Origin: an uncultured Actinomycetes bacterium | GTDB lineage: Bacteria; Actinomycetota; Thermoleophilia; Gaiellales; Gaiellaceae | Reading direction: 5' to 3' | Length of the DNA: 64,000 nucleotides | Assembly (NCBI GenBank): GCA_963716975.1 | Contig: CAVQVA010000040.1 | Span: forward strand, 17,223-81,222 | Shown: positions 29,055-37,747 of the stretch, in pieces | Position numbering within the stretch: position 1 is the stretch's first letter | Layout: each line of letters opens with the position of its first letter | Program-made: the position numbers and the translations under genes | The notes under the pieces: model-generated | The model's database searches: none | Seen by the model: only the letters and a program-made list of their open reading frames with translations | What the model was told of the DNA's origin: nothing

Positions 29055-29392
29055 ACGAGGAGCCACACGCCGACAGCGACGAGCAGTCCCGCGAAGCCGT
29101 AGGTGAGCGTCGTCGTCGTGATCCGTTGCTGGAGCGACGTGCCCAGGATCGCGCCCGCGGCCGCCGGCAGTCCCACGAGCGCGGCATACCCGACGTGGAC
29201 CTCGCCGCGCAGCGCGTAGACGACGACTCCGGCGAGCGCCGTTATCCCGATCGCCCCGAGCGACGTCGCGGTCGCAGAGCGCTCGGGCAGCCGCGTGAAG
29301 AGGATCAGGAGCGGCACGGCGACGATGCCACCGCCGACCCCGAAGAGTGCGGCGAAGATGCCCGCCACGAGGCCGATGGCGACGAGGCGCAC
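29051..29392 (-). CDS. TSUP (TauE/SafE) family half-size 4-TM transporter subunit, first half
   Basis: ORF 29051..29392 gives MRLVAIGLVAGIFAALFGVGGGIVAVP. At 113 aa it is half of the normal ~250-aa length. Confidence 0.75.
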   Translation of the reverse strand: MRLVAIGLVAGIFAALFGVGGGIVAVPLLILFTRLPERSATATSLGAIGITALAGVVVYALRGEVHVGYAALVGLPAAAGAILGTSLQQRITTTTLTYGFAGLLVAVGVWLLV

Positions 29393-29411
29393 CGGCCTAT
29401 CCTACGGAGCC

Positions 29412-30074
29412 ATGAGGATCGCGCTCCTCACCTGCCTGGCGGTGCTCGTCGGGATGTTCGGCGGCGCGCCGCAGGCCGCGACTCGGCCGGCCGAAGGCTC
29501 GTCGTTCTACGTCGTGACGCCAGATCCGAGACTGTGTCCGTCGCCACTCTGCGGTGGGTACTGGGTGTCTCTTGCGAACCATGCGCGCACGCGCTGTCAC
29601 GACGACCTTCTGCGACTCCGGTGCTACGTCGCAATTGCCGTCTCGACACTGACTCGAAAGCCGTTGGCGACACCTCTCCCCGCCGGCTCGCTCGCGCATG
29701 CCGCGATCGGGACCTGGACGTTCGGCGGCGTAGGAGAGCTCGGCGCCGTGTGGGTCACCGACGCATCGACGCCCGTGGGCAACGCTGCGCCGTCGAGTCA
29801 CTTCTACCGGTTGCAGGATTCGGGAATCCGCTGCATCAGGGCCCCCTGTTTCTGGCTGCGCGCCACGCGGCTCAACTCGAGCTCGAGAGCGACCGGCTCG
29901 GATCTCGACCTCACGGCGACCGGCGCGTCGGAAAGCGAGCTCGATCGAGCGCAGGCCGCGCTCAGGTCCCCGGGTGGGCTCCTTGCCGCGGGCCGTTTTG
30001 TCGCGGCGACCGACGGCGGACGCATCTTCCGAGCGACACGGATCTACCTCAGAGCGAAGCAGCCTCGCGCCTGA
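29412..30074 (+). CDS. secreted cysteine-containing hypothetical protein
   Basis: The ATG at 29412 gives signal peptide MRIALLTCLAVLVGMFGGAPQAA. Two related motifs follow: YVVTPDPRLCPSPLCGGYWV and YRLQDSGIRCIRAPCFWL. Confidence 0.6.
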   Translation: MRIALLTCLAVLVGMFGGAPQAATRPAEGSSFYVVTPDPRLCPSPLCGGYWVSLANHARTRCHDDLLRLRCYVAIAVSTLTRKPLATPLPAGSLAHAAIGTWTFGGVGELGAVWVTDASTPVGNAAPSSHFYRLQDSGIRCIRAPCFWLRATRLNSSSRATGSDLDLTATGASESELDRAQAALRSPGGLLAAGRFVAATDGGRIFRATRIYLRAKQPRA

Positions 30075-31356
30075 GGACGTCCCAGGCGAGGCGAACGTCG
30101 TCTTCGGTCGTACGGAAGTTCCCGATCGCAAGCCGCAAGACGTAACGGCCACCGAGCCTCGTATGGGAGATGAACACCTCGCCGGTCGCGTTCACGCGCT
30201 CCAGGAGCAATTCGTTCTCCTCGTCCGAGCCGTCGCGCCGGAAACAGACGAGCGAGAACGGCCGTGGCGCAACGATCTCCCAGCCCGGTTCGTCCCGGAC
30301 CCACCCTTCGAACAGGTCAGCCAGACGCACGTGCTCCCGAATACGCTCCTGCAGGCCGGAGCGGCCATAACAACGCAGCACGGCCCATAGCTTCAGAGCA
30401 CGGAAGCGGCGTCCGAGGACCTGCGTGTACTCGCTCGTGCTCGCGACATCCTCGGCGACGTGCAGGTACTCGGGGACGAGGCTGAACGCGTCCCGGAACG
30501 CCTCCGGTCGCCGCGTCCAGAGCGTGGAGCAGTCGAGCGGGACTCCGAGCCACTTGTGCGGGTTGACGACGATCGAGTCCGCGCGCTCCCAGCCGGCAAA
30601 ACTCTCCCGCAGCTCCGGGCACACAGCTGCCGCGCCAGCGTACGCCGCATCGACATGGAGCCAGATCCCCGCTCGTTCGCAGCGATCGGCGATCGCCGAC
30701 ACCGGGTCGACTGAGCTCGTGGACGTCGTCCCAATGGTCGCCACGACAGCGCATGCGCCTTCGAGCTCAAGTCGCTCCGGCCGGAGCCGGAACACATCGT
30801 CGACGGGCACCTTCCGCAGCTCGAGCTCGAGGAGCTTTGCGGCCTTGTCCACGGACGAGTGGGCGTGCTCGGAGCAAACAACCGCCCGGGCGCCAGGGCG
30901 CGCCGCGCGGGCGGCCGCCAGCGCGACGAGCGTGCTCGTCGAAGCGGTGTCCTCGATGTGCCCGTGCAGACCCGGCGGGAGCCCGAGGAGCTGCGCCAGC
31001 CAGTCGAGCGTCACCTCTTCGAGCTCCTGGAGCGCCGGCGAGGTTCGCCAGAGGATCCCGAGCTGATTGAGACCGGCTATCAGGATCTCGGCGAGGATCC
31101 CGGGCTCGGAGCCGGTGATCGCGAAGTACGCGAACCAGCGCGGGCTCTGCGAGTGGGTCAGCCCAGGCAGCAGGATCGTGTCCAGATCCTCGAGCAGCGC
31201 GGCGAACGGCTCGGGGGTTTCTGGAGGCGTGGCCGGTAGCGCGGCGCGGATCGCGCCCGGTTCGACCTGCGCGAGCACGGGGAGCTCACGAACGCCCTCG
31301 AGGTAGGAGGCCACCCAGTCGAGCGCAAGCACTCCGTCGTCGCGGAACTCGCTCAC
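30049..31356 (-). CDS. PLP-dependent group II decarboxylase (aromatic-amino-acid/glutamate decarboxylase family)
   Basis: ORF 30049..31419 has the PLP-lysine motif NPHKWLGVP. The GTG at 31356 forms a GTGA overlap with the polX stop. Confidence 0.88.
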   Translation of the reverse strand: MSEFRDDGVLALDWVASYLEGVRELPVLAQVEPGAIRAALPATPPETPEPFAALLEDLDTILLPGLTHSQSPRWFAYFAITGSEPGILAEILIAGLNQLGILWRTSPALQELEEVTLDWLAQLLGLPPGLHGHIEDTASTSTLVALAAARAARPGARAVVCSEHAHSSVDKAAKLLELELRKVPVDDVFRLRPERLELEGACAVVATIGTTSTSSVDPVSAIADRCERAGIWLHVDAAYAGAAAVCPELRESFAGWERADSIVVNPHKWLGVPLDCSTLWTRRPEAFRDAFSLVPEYLHVAEDVASTSEYTQVLGRRFRALKLWAVLRCYGRSGLQERIREHVRLADLFEGWVRDEPGWEIVAPRPFSLVCFRRDGSDEENELLLERVNATGEVFISHTRLGGRYVLRLAIGNFRTTEDDVRLAWDVLRREAASL

Positions 31357-33068
31357 CTGCGCACCTTCTCGATCTGAGCCCACGTCCGCGTGTTCAGGAC
31401 CTGCTCCTTCGTGAGCCACGCGCGTCGGGCGAGACCAACGCCGAAGACTGCGTAGCCGAGGGCGCTCGTGGAGTGGGCATCGGTCGTCACCGGGATCCTG
31501 ACCCCGGCCTCCCCCGCGAGCCGGGCGTGCGTGTCGCGCAGGTCGAGCCGGTCGGGCTGGGCGTTGATCTCGAGCGCGGTACCGGTCTCGACGGCTCGCT
31601 CGACAACGCGCTCTACGTCGACGGCTGCACCGTCGCGCTTGAGGATGCGCCTACCCGTGAGATGGCCGATGCAGTCGACGTGCGGGTTGTCCATCGTCCC
31701 GAGGATTCTCTCGGTCGGATCGCGGTCGAATGCCGTGTGCAACGAGGCGACGACCCAGTCGAGCTCGGCGAGGGTCTCGTCGTCGACGTCGAGCGTCCCG
31801 TCCGCCTTGATGTTCGCCTCGATCCCACGCAGGACGCGGAACTGCTTCACGCGGGCATTGACCTTCTCGATCTCCCTCCACTGCTGCTCCAGCCTGCCGT
31901 CGCGAAGGTAGTGCGAGTGGTCGGTGAGGCACATGTACGCGTATCCGCGCTCCTTGGCGGCCAGGGCCATCTCCTCGATCGTGTTCTTCCCGTCCGCCGA
32001 CCAGGTCGAGTGGCAGTGCATTTCGCCTCGGAGATCGCCGATCTCCACGAGTGCCGGCAGCGCATGATCGCGCGCCAGGGCGAGCTCCCCGGAGCTCTCC
32101 CGCAGCTCGGGTGGGATGTAGTCGTAGCCGAGGTACGCGTAGAGCTCCTCCTCCGATACATGCGTCACGACCTCTTCGGTTTCGACGTCCGTGACGCCGT
32201 ACTCCGAGATCGAGAGCCCTCGTCGTTGCGCATCCTCGCGGAGAGCGATGTTGTGGTCCTTCGAGCCCGTGAAGTGCTGGAGCACGTTGCCGTAGCACTC
32301 GGGCGCTACGACGCGAAGGTCGAAGCGCAGCCCCTGGTGGCCGGCGACCGTCGCCTTGGTGTCTCCCTTCGCCACGACCTCCGCGACCCACGACGCCTCG
32401 CAGAACGACGCGATGAGCGCCTGCGCGTCGGTCGACGTCGCGATGATGTCGAGGTCGCGCACCGTCTCCCGGCGGCGGCGTGCGCTTCCCGCCTCCGACA
32501 CGGCGATCGCAGCCGGATGCTCCGAGAGCTCGGCGACCACGGCCTGGACCGCCGGAAGCCCGGTCCCGAGCAACCGCCGCTCCTCACGCGTCGGCTTGCG
32601 GCCGGCTCCCGCCTCCAGCGCTGCGAGGATCTTCTCCTCGCTGCGCTGACCCATTCCCGAGAGCTCTCGCAACCTGCCCGCCTCGGCCGCCGCCTGCAGG
32701 CCGTCGAGTGTCGTCACGCCGAGCTCGCTCCAGATCCGCGCCGCCGTCTTCGGCCCGACGCCGGGGAGCCGGAGGAACTCGACGACACCCGCCGGCACGC
32801 GTTCACGCCGGCGTGCGAGCGCGTGGATCTCGCCGTCCTCGACGATCTCGATCACCTTCTGCTCGATCGTCTTCCCGACGCCGGGGAGATCGGTCGCCTT
32901 GCCGGCGATCGCCAGCTCGGCTACTCCGCTCGGCGTCTCCCGGATCCGGGTCGCCGCGCGTCGGTAGGCAATGATCTTGAACGACTCCTCGCCGAGGATC
33001 TCCGAGATGTCCGCGAGCAGGTCGAGCTGGTCGGCGAGATCCGCGTTCCGGGGCAGCGTCCGGGCCAT
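31353..33068 (-). CDS. polX: family X DNA polymerase with C-terminal PHP 3'-5' exonuclease/phosphoesterase domain
   Basis: The ATG at 33068 gives MARTLPRNADLADQLDLLADISEILGE. It has helix-hairpin-helix motifs (LPGVGKT, LPGVGPKTA) and a PHP domain (GEMHCHSTWSADG...TDHS). The upstream part of ORF 31353..33260 is Arg-rich shadow. Confidence 0.9.
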   Translation of the reverse strand: MARTLPRNADLADQLDLLADISEILGEESFKIIAYRRAATRIRETPSGVAELAIAGKATDLPGVGKTIEQKVIEIVEDGEIHALARRRERVPAGVVEFLRLPGVGPKTAARIWSELGVTTLDGLQAAAEAGRLRELSGMGQRSEEKILAALEAGAGRKPTREERRLLGTGLPAVQAVVAELSEHPAAIAVSEAGSARRRRETVRDLDIIATSTDAQALIASFCEASWVAEVVAKGDTKATVAGHQGLRFDLRVVAPECYGNVLQHFTGSKDHNIALREDAQRRGLSISEYGVTDVETEEVVTHVSEEELYAYLGYDYIPPELRESSGELALARDHALPALVEIGDLRGEMHCHSTWSADGKNTIEEMALAAKERGYAYMCLTDHSHYLRDGRLEQQWREIEKVNARVKQFRVLRGIEANIKADGTLDVDDETLAELDWVVASLHTAFDRDPTERILGTMDNPHVDCIGHLTGRRILKRDGAAVDVERVVERAVETGTALEINAQPDRLDLRDTHARLAGEAGVRIPVTTDAHSTSALGYAVFGVGLARRAWLTKEQVLNTRTWAQIEKVRR

Positions 33069-33085
33069 CCCGCGATGATAAGGAC

Positions 33086-33808
33086 GTGCCTCGTGCCGTC
33101 GTGTGCCTGCCGACCTACAACGAGCGTGAGAACCTGGAAGCGATGGTCGAGGCCCTCGCCGGGGTGCTCGACACGTCGCAGGACCGCGTTCTCGTCGTGG
33201 ACGACTCATCGCCGGACGGGACGGGTGAGCTCGCGGACGGACTCGCGGCTCGGCTTCCATGGGTCTATGTGCTCCACCGCGAGCGCAAGGAGGGAATCGG
33301 CCCGGCCTACGTCGCCGGCTTTCGCCGCGCGCTCGCCGACGGCGCGGAGCTCGTGCTCGAGATGGACTGCGACTTCTCGCACGATCCGGCGGACGTTCCG
33401 CGGCTGATCGGGGCCGCCGGCCGAGCAGACCTCGTACTCGGGTCGCGCTACGCGAAGGGTGGCGGAACCGAGAACTGGGGATTCGTAAGACGGTTCGTCT
33501 CGCGCGGCGGGTGCATCTACGCGCAGGTGCTCCTCGGGGTGCACGTGCGCGACCTCACCGGCGGCTTCAAGTGCTTCCGGCGGGAGACGCTCGAGGCGAT
33601 CGACCTCGATGCACTCTCGGCGCACGGATACGCGTTCCAGATCGAGACGACGTACCGCGTTGTGCGCGCCGGCCTCTGCGTCCGGGAGATCCCCATCCAC
33701 TTCGTGGAGCGGCGAGCTGGTTCCTCGAAGATGACCGGCGCCATCGTGGCGGAGGCGATCTGGAAGGTTCCGCTGCTCCGGCTGCGCGCGCTGACGGGAC
33801 GGCTCTAG
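33086..33808 (+). CDS. GT2 polyprenol-phosphate mannosyltransferase (Ppm1/DPM1-like)
   Basis: ORF 33086..33808 has the motifs VVCLPTYNEREN, VVDDSSPDGT and MDCDFSHDP. Confidence 0.88.
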   Translation: MPRAVVCLPTYNERENLEAMVEALAGVLDTSQDRVLVVDDSSPDGTGELADGLAARLPWVYVLHRERKEGIGPAYVAGFRRALADGAELVLEMDCDFSHDPADVPRLIGAAGRADLVLGSRYAKGGGTENWGFVRRFVSRGGCIYAQVLLGVHVRDLTGGFKCFRRETLEAIDLDALSAHGYAFQIETTYRVVRAGLCVREIPIHFVERRAGSSKMTGAIVAEAIWKVPLLRLRALTGRL

Positions 33809-34125
33809 TGGACGAGGTCACCGACGCGACGTTCGCCCACGAGGTTCTGGCGTCGGACGCGCCCGTGATCGTCGACTTCTGGGCTCCGTGGTGCAAGCCG
33901 TGTGACGCGATCGAGCCGCACCTTCGCGCTATCGCCGAGGAGCGAGGCATCCGGCTCGTCCGCCTGAACGTCGACGACAACCTCGCCGTTGCCGGGCGCT
34001 ACGGCGTCCTCGCGCTTCCCACGGTGATCCTGTTCTCGGGCGGCGAGCCGAAGGCGACCGTCTACGGAGCGAAGCCGCGGCGGCGCTACGAGCAGGCGTT
34101 CGCAGCGTTCCTCCAAGCCGGCTGA
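33808..34125 (+). CDS. trxA: thioredoxin (active site WCKPC)
   Basis: The GTG at 33808 overlaps the ppm stop (TAGTG). The sequence is VIVDFWAPWCKPCDAIEP...ALPTVILF. Confidence 0.88.
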   Translation: MDEVTDATFAHEVLASDAPVIVDFWAPWCKPCDAIEPHLRAIAEERGIRLVRLNVDDNLAVAGRYGVLALPTVILFSGGEPKATVYGAKPRRRYEQAFAAFLQAG

Positions 34126-34159
34126 CGGCAGCCGGCGCAGGACTACCCTCGCGGAGTCG

Positions 34160-34285
34160 ATGCAGAGGCTCCGTGAGATGCCGCGGGGTACCGCTCGCAC
34201 CTGCCCCGAGTGCCGGTTCGAGATTCCGCGCGCGGCCTCGATCTGCCGCTACCGCACGACCGACCTTCCTCCTCTGGACGGGTGA
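34160..34285 (+). CDS. possible 41-aa zinc-ribbon peptide, or the 5' part of one longer gene interrupted by an in-frame TGA
   Basis: My own translation gives MQRLREMPRGTARTCPECRFEIPRAASICRYRTTDLPPLDG then TGA at 34283. Third positions are GC-rich. It is in the same frame as ORF 34385..34717. Confidence 0.35.
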   Translation: MQRLREMPRGTARTCPECRFEIPRAASICRYRTTDLPPLDG

Positions 34286-34384
34286 TGCGCGCGCGCCTGG
34301 CTCGGCTTCCTGGCTCGAGGTCGGCTCCTCGAGCTCGCTCTCGCCTTCGCACTCGGTTCGGCGGTACTCACCGTCTTCGACAAC

Positions 34385-34717
34385 GTGTCGGAGACGATGA
34401 CGAGCGTCCTCGCCCAACAAGTCGGCCGTAATCCGGGCGGTGAGAACGGATCCGCGCTCGGGTTCGTGAACCTCTTCTCCGCGCCGTACTACCTCTACGT
34501 CAAGGTGGGCGACACCTTCATCGTCTATGGAGGGGCGTTGTCCGCGCTCCTCACCCTCGGGCTTGTCGGGGTCGTCGGATGGCTCGTCGTTCGCCGGGGC
34601 GACGCCGAGTTGGGCGAGTGCCCCTTCTGCGCGTCGCGGATCCCGCACGAGTCGACGCACTGCGCCTACTGCGGATCGGCCATCGAGTCCGAAGGCCGGA
34701 GCCGCCTGCGACACTAG
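34385..34717 (+). CDS. membrane protein with C-terminal zinc ribbon
   Basis: ORF 34385..34717 has TM segment GGALSALLTLGLVGVVGWLVV, then CPFC...CAYC. The coding-like signal continues upstream of the GTG to the TGA at 34283. Confidence 0.5.
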   Translation: MSETMTSVLAQQVGRNPGGENGSALGFVNLFSAPYYLYVKVGDTFIVYGGALSALLTLGLVGVVGWLVVRRGDAELGECPFCASRIPHESTHCAYCGSAIESEGRSRLRH

Positions 34718-34721
34718 GCTG

Positions 34722-36962
34722 ATGGCAACCGAGGTCGCAGGGGGCTGGGCCGACCTGCTCGCGGGCGACGAGATTGCCCACCGTGGCCTAGAACCCGCGC
34801 GCGAAGCACGCATCGAGCCGCTCCCGGACGATCTCGATCCGCGCGTCACGTCCTCCCTGGTGGCAAACGGCGTCACATCGCTCTTTCGCCATCAGGCCGA
34901 GACATGGGAAGCCGCGAAACGCGGTGACAACGTCGTGGTCACGACCGGGACCGCCTCCGGAAAGTCGCTCGCGTTCAACCTCCCCGTGCTCGACGCGATC
35001 GCGCGCGAGCCGAAGACACGAGCGCTCTACCTCTACCCGACGAAGGCGCTCGCGCAGGACCAGGCACGTGCGCTCGGCGAGCTTCGGCTGAAGGGACTAC
35101 GGCAGGCGATCTACGACGGCGACACGCCCACGGAGCGCCGCTGGCAGATCCGCAAGTGGTCGAACGCGATCCTCACGAACCCCGACATGCTCCACGTCGG
35201 CGTTCTCCCGCACCACGACCGCTGGGGAGACGTCCTCCACAACCTCCGCTTCGTCATCGTCGACGAGGCGCACGTCTACCGAGGTGTCTTCGGCTCGCAC
35301 GTCGCGAACGTCCTCCGCCGGCTCCGGCGCCTGGCTCGCGTCTACGGAGCGGATCCGCAGTTCCTGTTCGCGACCGCGACGATCGCCAACGCCGGAGAGC
35401 TCGCAGCGGCGCTCACGGGAGAGCCCGCGACGGTCGTCGACCGAGACACCTCTCCGAAGTCCGAGCGCGAAGTCGTGATCTGGAACCCTCCGCTCCTCGA
35501 TCCGGAGCTCGGCCTGCGGGCAAGCCCGCTCGGAGAGGCGGCGCGACTCCTCTCCTCGCTCACCTCGCGGGGCCTCCGGACGATCTGCTTCGCGAAGAGC
35601 CGCAAGGCCGCAGAGCTCATCCACCGCTTCGCGCTCGAGCGTGTCAACGCGGTGACGGCCGACCGCCTCGCGCCCTACCGGGCTGGCTATACGCCCGAGC
35701 AGCGTCGAGAGATCGAGCGGCGGCTGGTCGAAGGCGAGCTCCTCGGCGTCACGGCGACGGACGCGCTCGAGCTCGGCATCGACATCGGCCTTCTCGACTG
35801 CGCGATCTCTGTCGGCTTTCCGGGCACGGTCGCTTCCCTTCGCCAGCAGTGGGGGCGAGCGGGACGGCGCGGGCTCGGGCTTGCGGTGCTGGTCGCGAGC
35901 GAGGACGCACTCGACCAGTTCTTCGCGCGGGAGCCGGAAGCTCTCCTGTCTCGCCATGTCGAGGCGGCGATCCTCGACCACGCGAATCCACGGATCCTCG
36001 ACCCACACGTGCTGGCGGCCGCGTTCGAGGCGCCGCTCGACGAGGCCGATGCCGAGACCCTCGGCCCCGAGGCGATCGAGCGGGCCGCGGAGCTCCCGGA
36101 ACTCGAGCGCACGTCAGCCGGTTTTGTCTGGAAGGGCCGCGACTACCCGGCGGCGCGCATCTCGCTGCGCTCGGGCGACGCGGAGGCGTTCACGGTGATC
36201 GACCAGGAGACGGGGTCGCTCCTGGGCCTCGTCGAGCGGGATCGCGCCTACTCGACCGTGCACGGAGGCGCCGTGTACCTCCATCTCGGCGAGCAGTACC
36301 TCGTCGAGGAGCTCGACCTCGTAGGGCGGGCGGCGCTCGTCTCGCCCGTGAGGGTCGACTGGTACACGCAGGTGAAGAAGGAGACGGAGACGACGATCGA
36401 GGAGTCCCTTCGGTCGGAGCATCGCCTCGGCGTCGAACTCCACTTCGGCCGGGTCTCGGTGACCGAGCAGGTCGTCGCCTACGCCCGCAAGGCCACGCGC
36501 GACGGAACCACGATCGACGTCGTCCCGCTGCTCATGCCGGAGACCTCCTTCGAGACCGAGGCGATCTGGTTCTCACCCGGACCAGGGCACCTGGCCGACC
36601 TCGAGCAGATGCCGAAGCTCCTCGGCACGCTGCATGCCGCCGAGCACACGCTCATCGCGCTCCTGCCCCTCTGGGCGATGTGCGACCGCTGGGACATCGG
36701 CGGCCTCTCCACGAACGTCCACTATCAGACCGGCGAACCGACGATCTTCGTCTACGACGGCCATTCGGGCGGCGTCGGGATCACGGCGCGCGGCTTCGAG
36801 CGCTTCGAGGGCTGGGTCGAGGACACCGCTCGCCTGCTCGGCGACTGCCCCTGCTCGGCCGGCTGCCCGTCGTGCGTTCAGAGCCCGAAGTGCGGGAACC
36901 TCAACGAGCCGCTCGACAAGGCCGGGGCGCGAACGCTACTGGAGCGGATACTCGCGCGGTAA
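34722..36962 (+). CDS. DEAD/DEAH-box helicase with C-terminal DUF1998/MZB zinc domain (MrfA/YprA-like)
   Basis: The ATG at 34722 is followed by TGTASGKSLAF (Walker A), VIVDEAH (DEAH) and the C-terminal CPCSAGCPSCVQSPKCGN motif. Confidence 0.9.
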   Translation: MATEVAGGWADLLAGDEIAHRGLEPAREARIEPLPDDLDPRVTSSLVANGVTSLFRHQAETWEAAKRGDNVVVTTGTASGKSLAFNLPVLDAIAREPKTRALYLYPTKALAQDQARALGELRLKGLRQAIYDGDTPTERRWQIRKWSNAILTNPDMLHVGVLPHHDRWGDVLHNLRFVIVDEAHVYRGVFGSHVANVLRRLRRLARVYGADPQFLFATATIANAGELAAALTGEPATVVDRDTSPKSEREVVIWNPPLLDPELGLRASPLGEAARLLSSLTSRGLRTICFAKSRKAAELIHRFALERVNAVTADRLAPYRAGYTPEQRREIERRLVEGELLGVTATDALELGIDIGLLDCAISVGFPGTVASLRQQWGRAGRRGLGLAVLVASEDALDQFFAREPEALLSRHVEAAILDHANPRILDPHVLAAAFEAPLDEADAETLGPEAIERAAELPELERTSAGFVWKGRDYPAARISLRSGDAEAFTVIDQETGSLLGLVERDRAYSTVHGGAVYLHLGEQYLVEELDLVGRAALVSPVRVDWYTQVKKETETTIEESLRSEHRLGVELHFGRVSVTEQVVAYARKATRDGTTIDVVPLLMPETSFETEAIWFSPGPGHLADLEQMPKLLGTLHAAEHTLIALLPLWAMCDRWDIGGLSTNVHYQTGEPTIFVYDGHSGGVGITARGFERFEGWVEDTARLLGDCPCSAGCPSCVQSPKCGNLNEPLDKAGARTLLERILAR

Positions 36963-37028
36963 GTGTCGATTTCGCGGCCCACCGCTCGTCTTCGTGATGA
37001 AATCGAAAGTGAGCGAAAGGAGGCGCGC

Positions 37029-37394
37029 GTGAAGTTCATGGCCCTGATCTACGGCGACCAGCGGATGTGGGACGGATTCTCCGCGGCCGAGAAGGAGGCT
37101 GCGTACGAGCAGTACCGCGCATTCGCGAACGACGCCCGCGCGGCCGGCGTCCTGGTCGGCGGAGACGAGCTCGCGTCCACACGCGACGCGACGACCGTCC
37201 GGATCCGCGGCGGAGAGACGCTCGTGACGGACGGCCCGTACGCGGAGGTGAAGGAGGCGCTCGGCGGCTACTTCGTCCTCGAGTGCGACTCGCTGGACGA
37301 GGCAGTGGAGCACGCCGCCCGGATTCCGGGCGCGGGGCACGGTGCGGTCGAGGTTCGCCCCGTGTACTTCGACCCGGCGGAGGTGCAGCTGTGA
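37029..37394 (+). CDS. YCII-related (DGPF) domain protein
   Basis: The GTG at 37029 lies 5 nt after GAAAGGAGG. The product is VKFMALIYGD...TDGPYAEVKEALGGYFVLE. Confidence 0.8.
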   Translation: MKFMALIYGDQRMWDGFSAAEKEAAYEQYRAFANDARAAGVLVGGDELASTRDATTVRIRGGETLVTDGPYAEVKEALGGYFVLECDSLDEAVEHAARIPGAGHGAVEVRPVYFDPAEVQL

Positions 37395-37747
37395 AGTACG
37401 CATTCCTCATCTACGGAGACGACTCCGAGTGGGTCGACCTGCCGAAGGACGAGCGCGCTGCGCTGCGGGCGAACGAGATGCCTGAGTGGGTTGCGCTCTT
37501 CGAGCAGCTCGGCAAGGCCGACCCGAACGTCTCGGGCCACGAGCTCAACGGGCGGAGGACCGCCAGGGTGGTGAAGGTGAAGGACGGTGAGCGCGTCGTG
37601 ACCGACGGCCCGTTCGCCGAGACGAAGGAGATCCTCGGAGGGGTGTTCCTCATCGACCTTCCAGACCTGGACGAGGCGATCCGGCTCGCGAGTCTCGTCC
37701 CCGCCGCGAGGCACGGCTCGATCGAGATCCGGCCCATCGTGGAGTGA
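37391..37747 (+). CDS. YCII-related (DGPF) domain protein, second copy
   Basis: GTG at 37391 (GTGA overlap). The product is [10 protein letters not shown]...[19 protein letters not shown]. Confidence 0.8.
   Translation: MKYAFLIYGDDSEWVDLPKDERAALRANEMPEWVALFEQLGKADPNVSGHELNGRRTARVVKVKDGERVVTDGPFAETKEILGGVFLIDLPDLDEAIRLASLVPAARHGSIEIRPIVE

Noticed and set aside
34283-34340. Confident call of selenocysteine with a SECIS element after the in-frame TGA
   Set aside because: The hairpin is built from two CTCGAG palindromes, which are common in this GC-rich sequence. No sel genes are visible here, and the record shows other probable sequence errors. It is kept only as one hypothesis in the finding.
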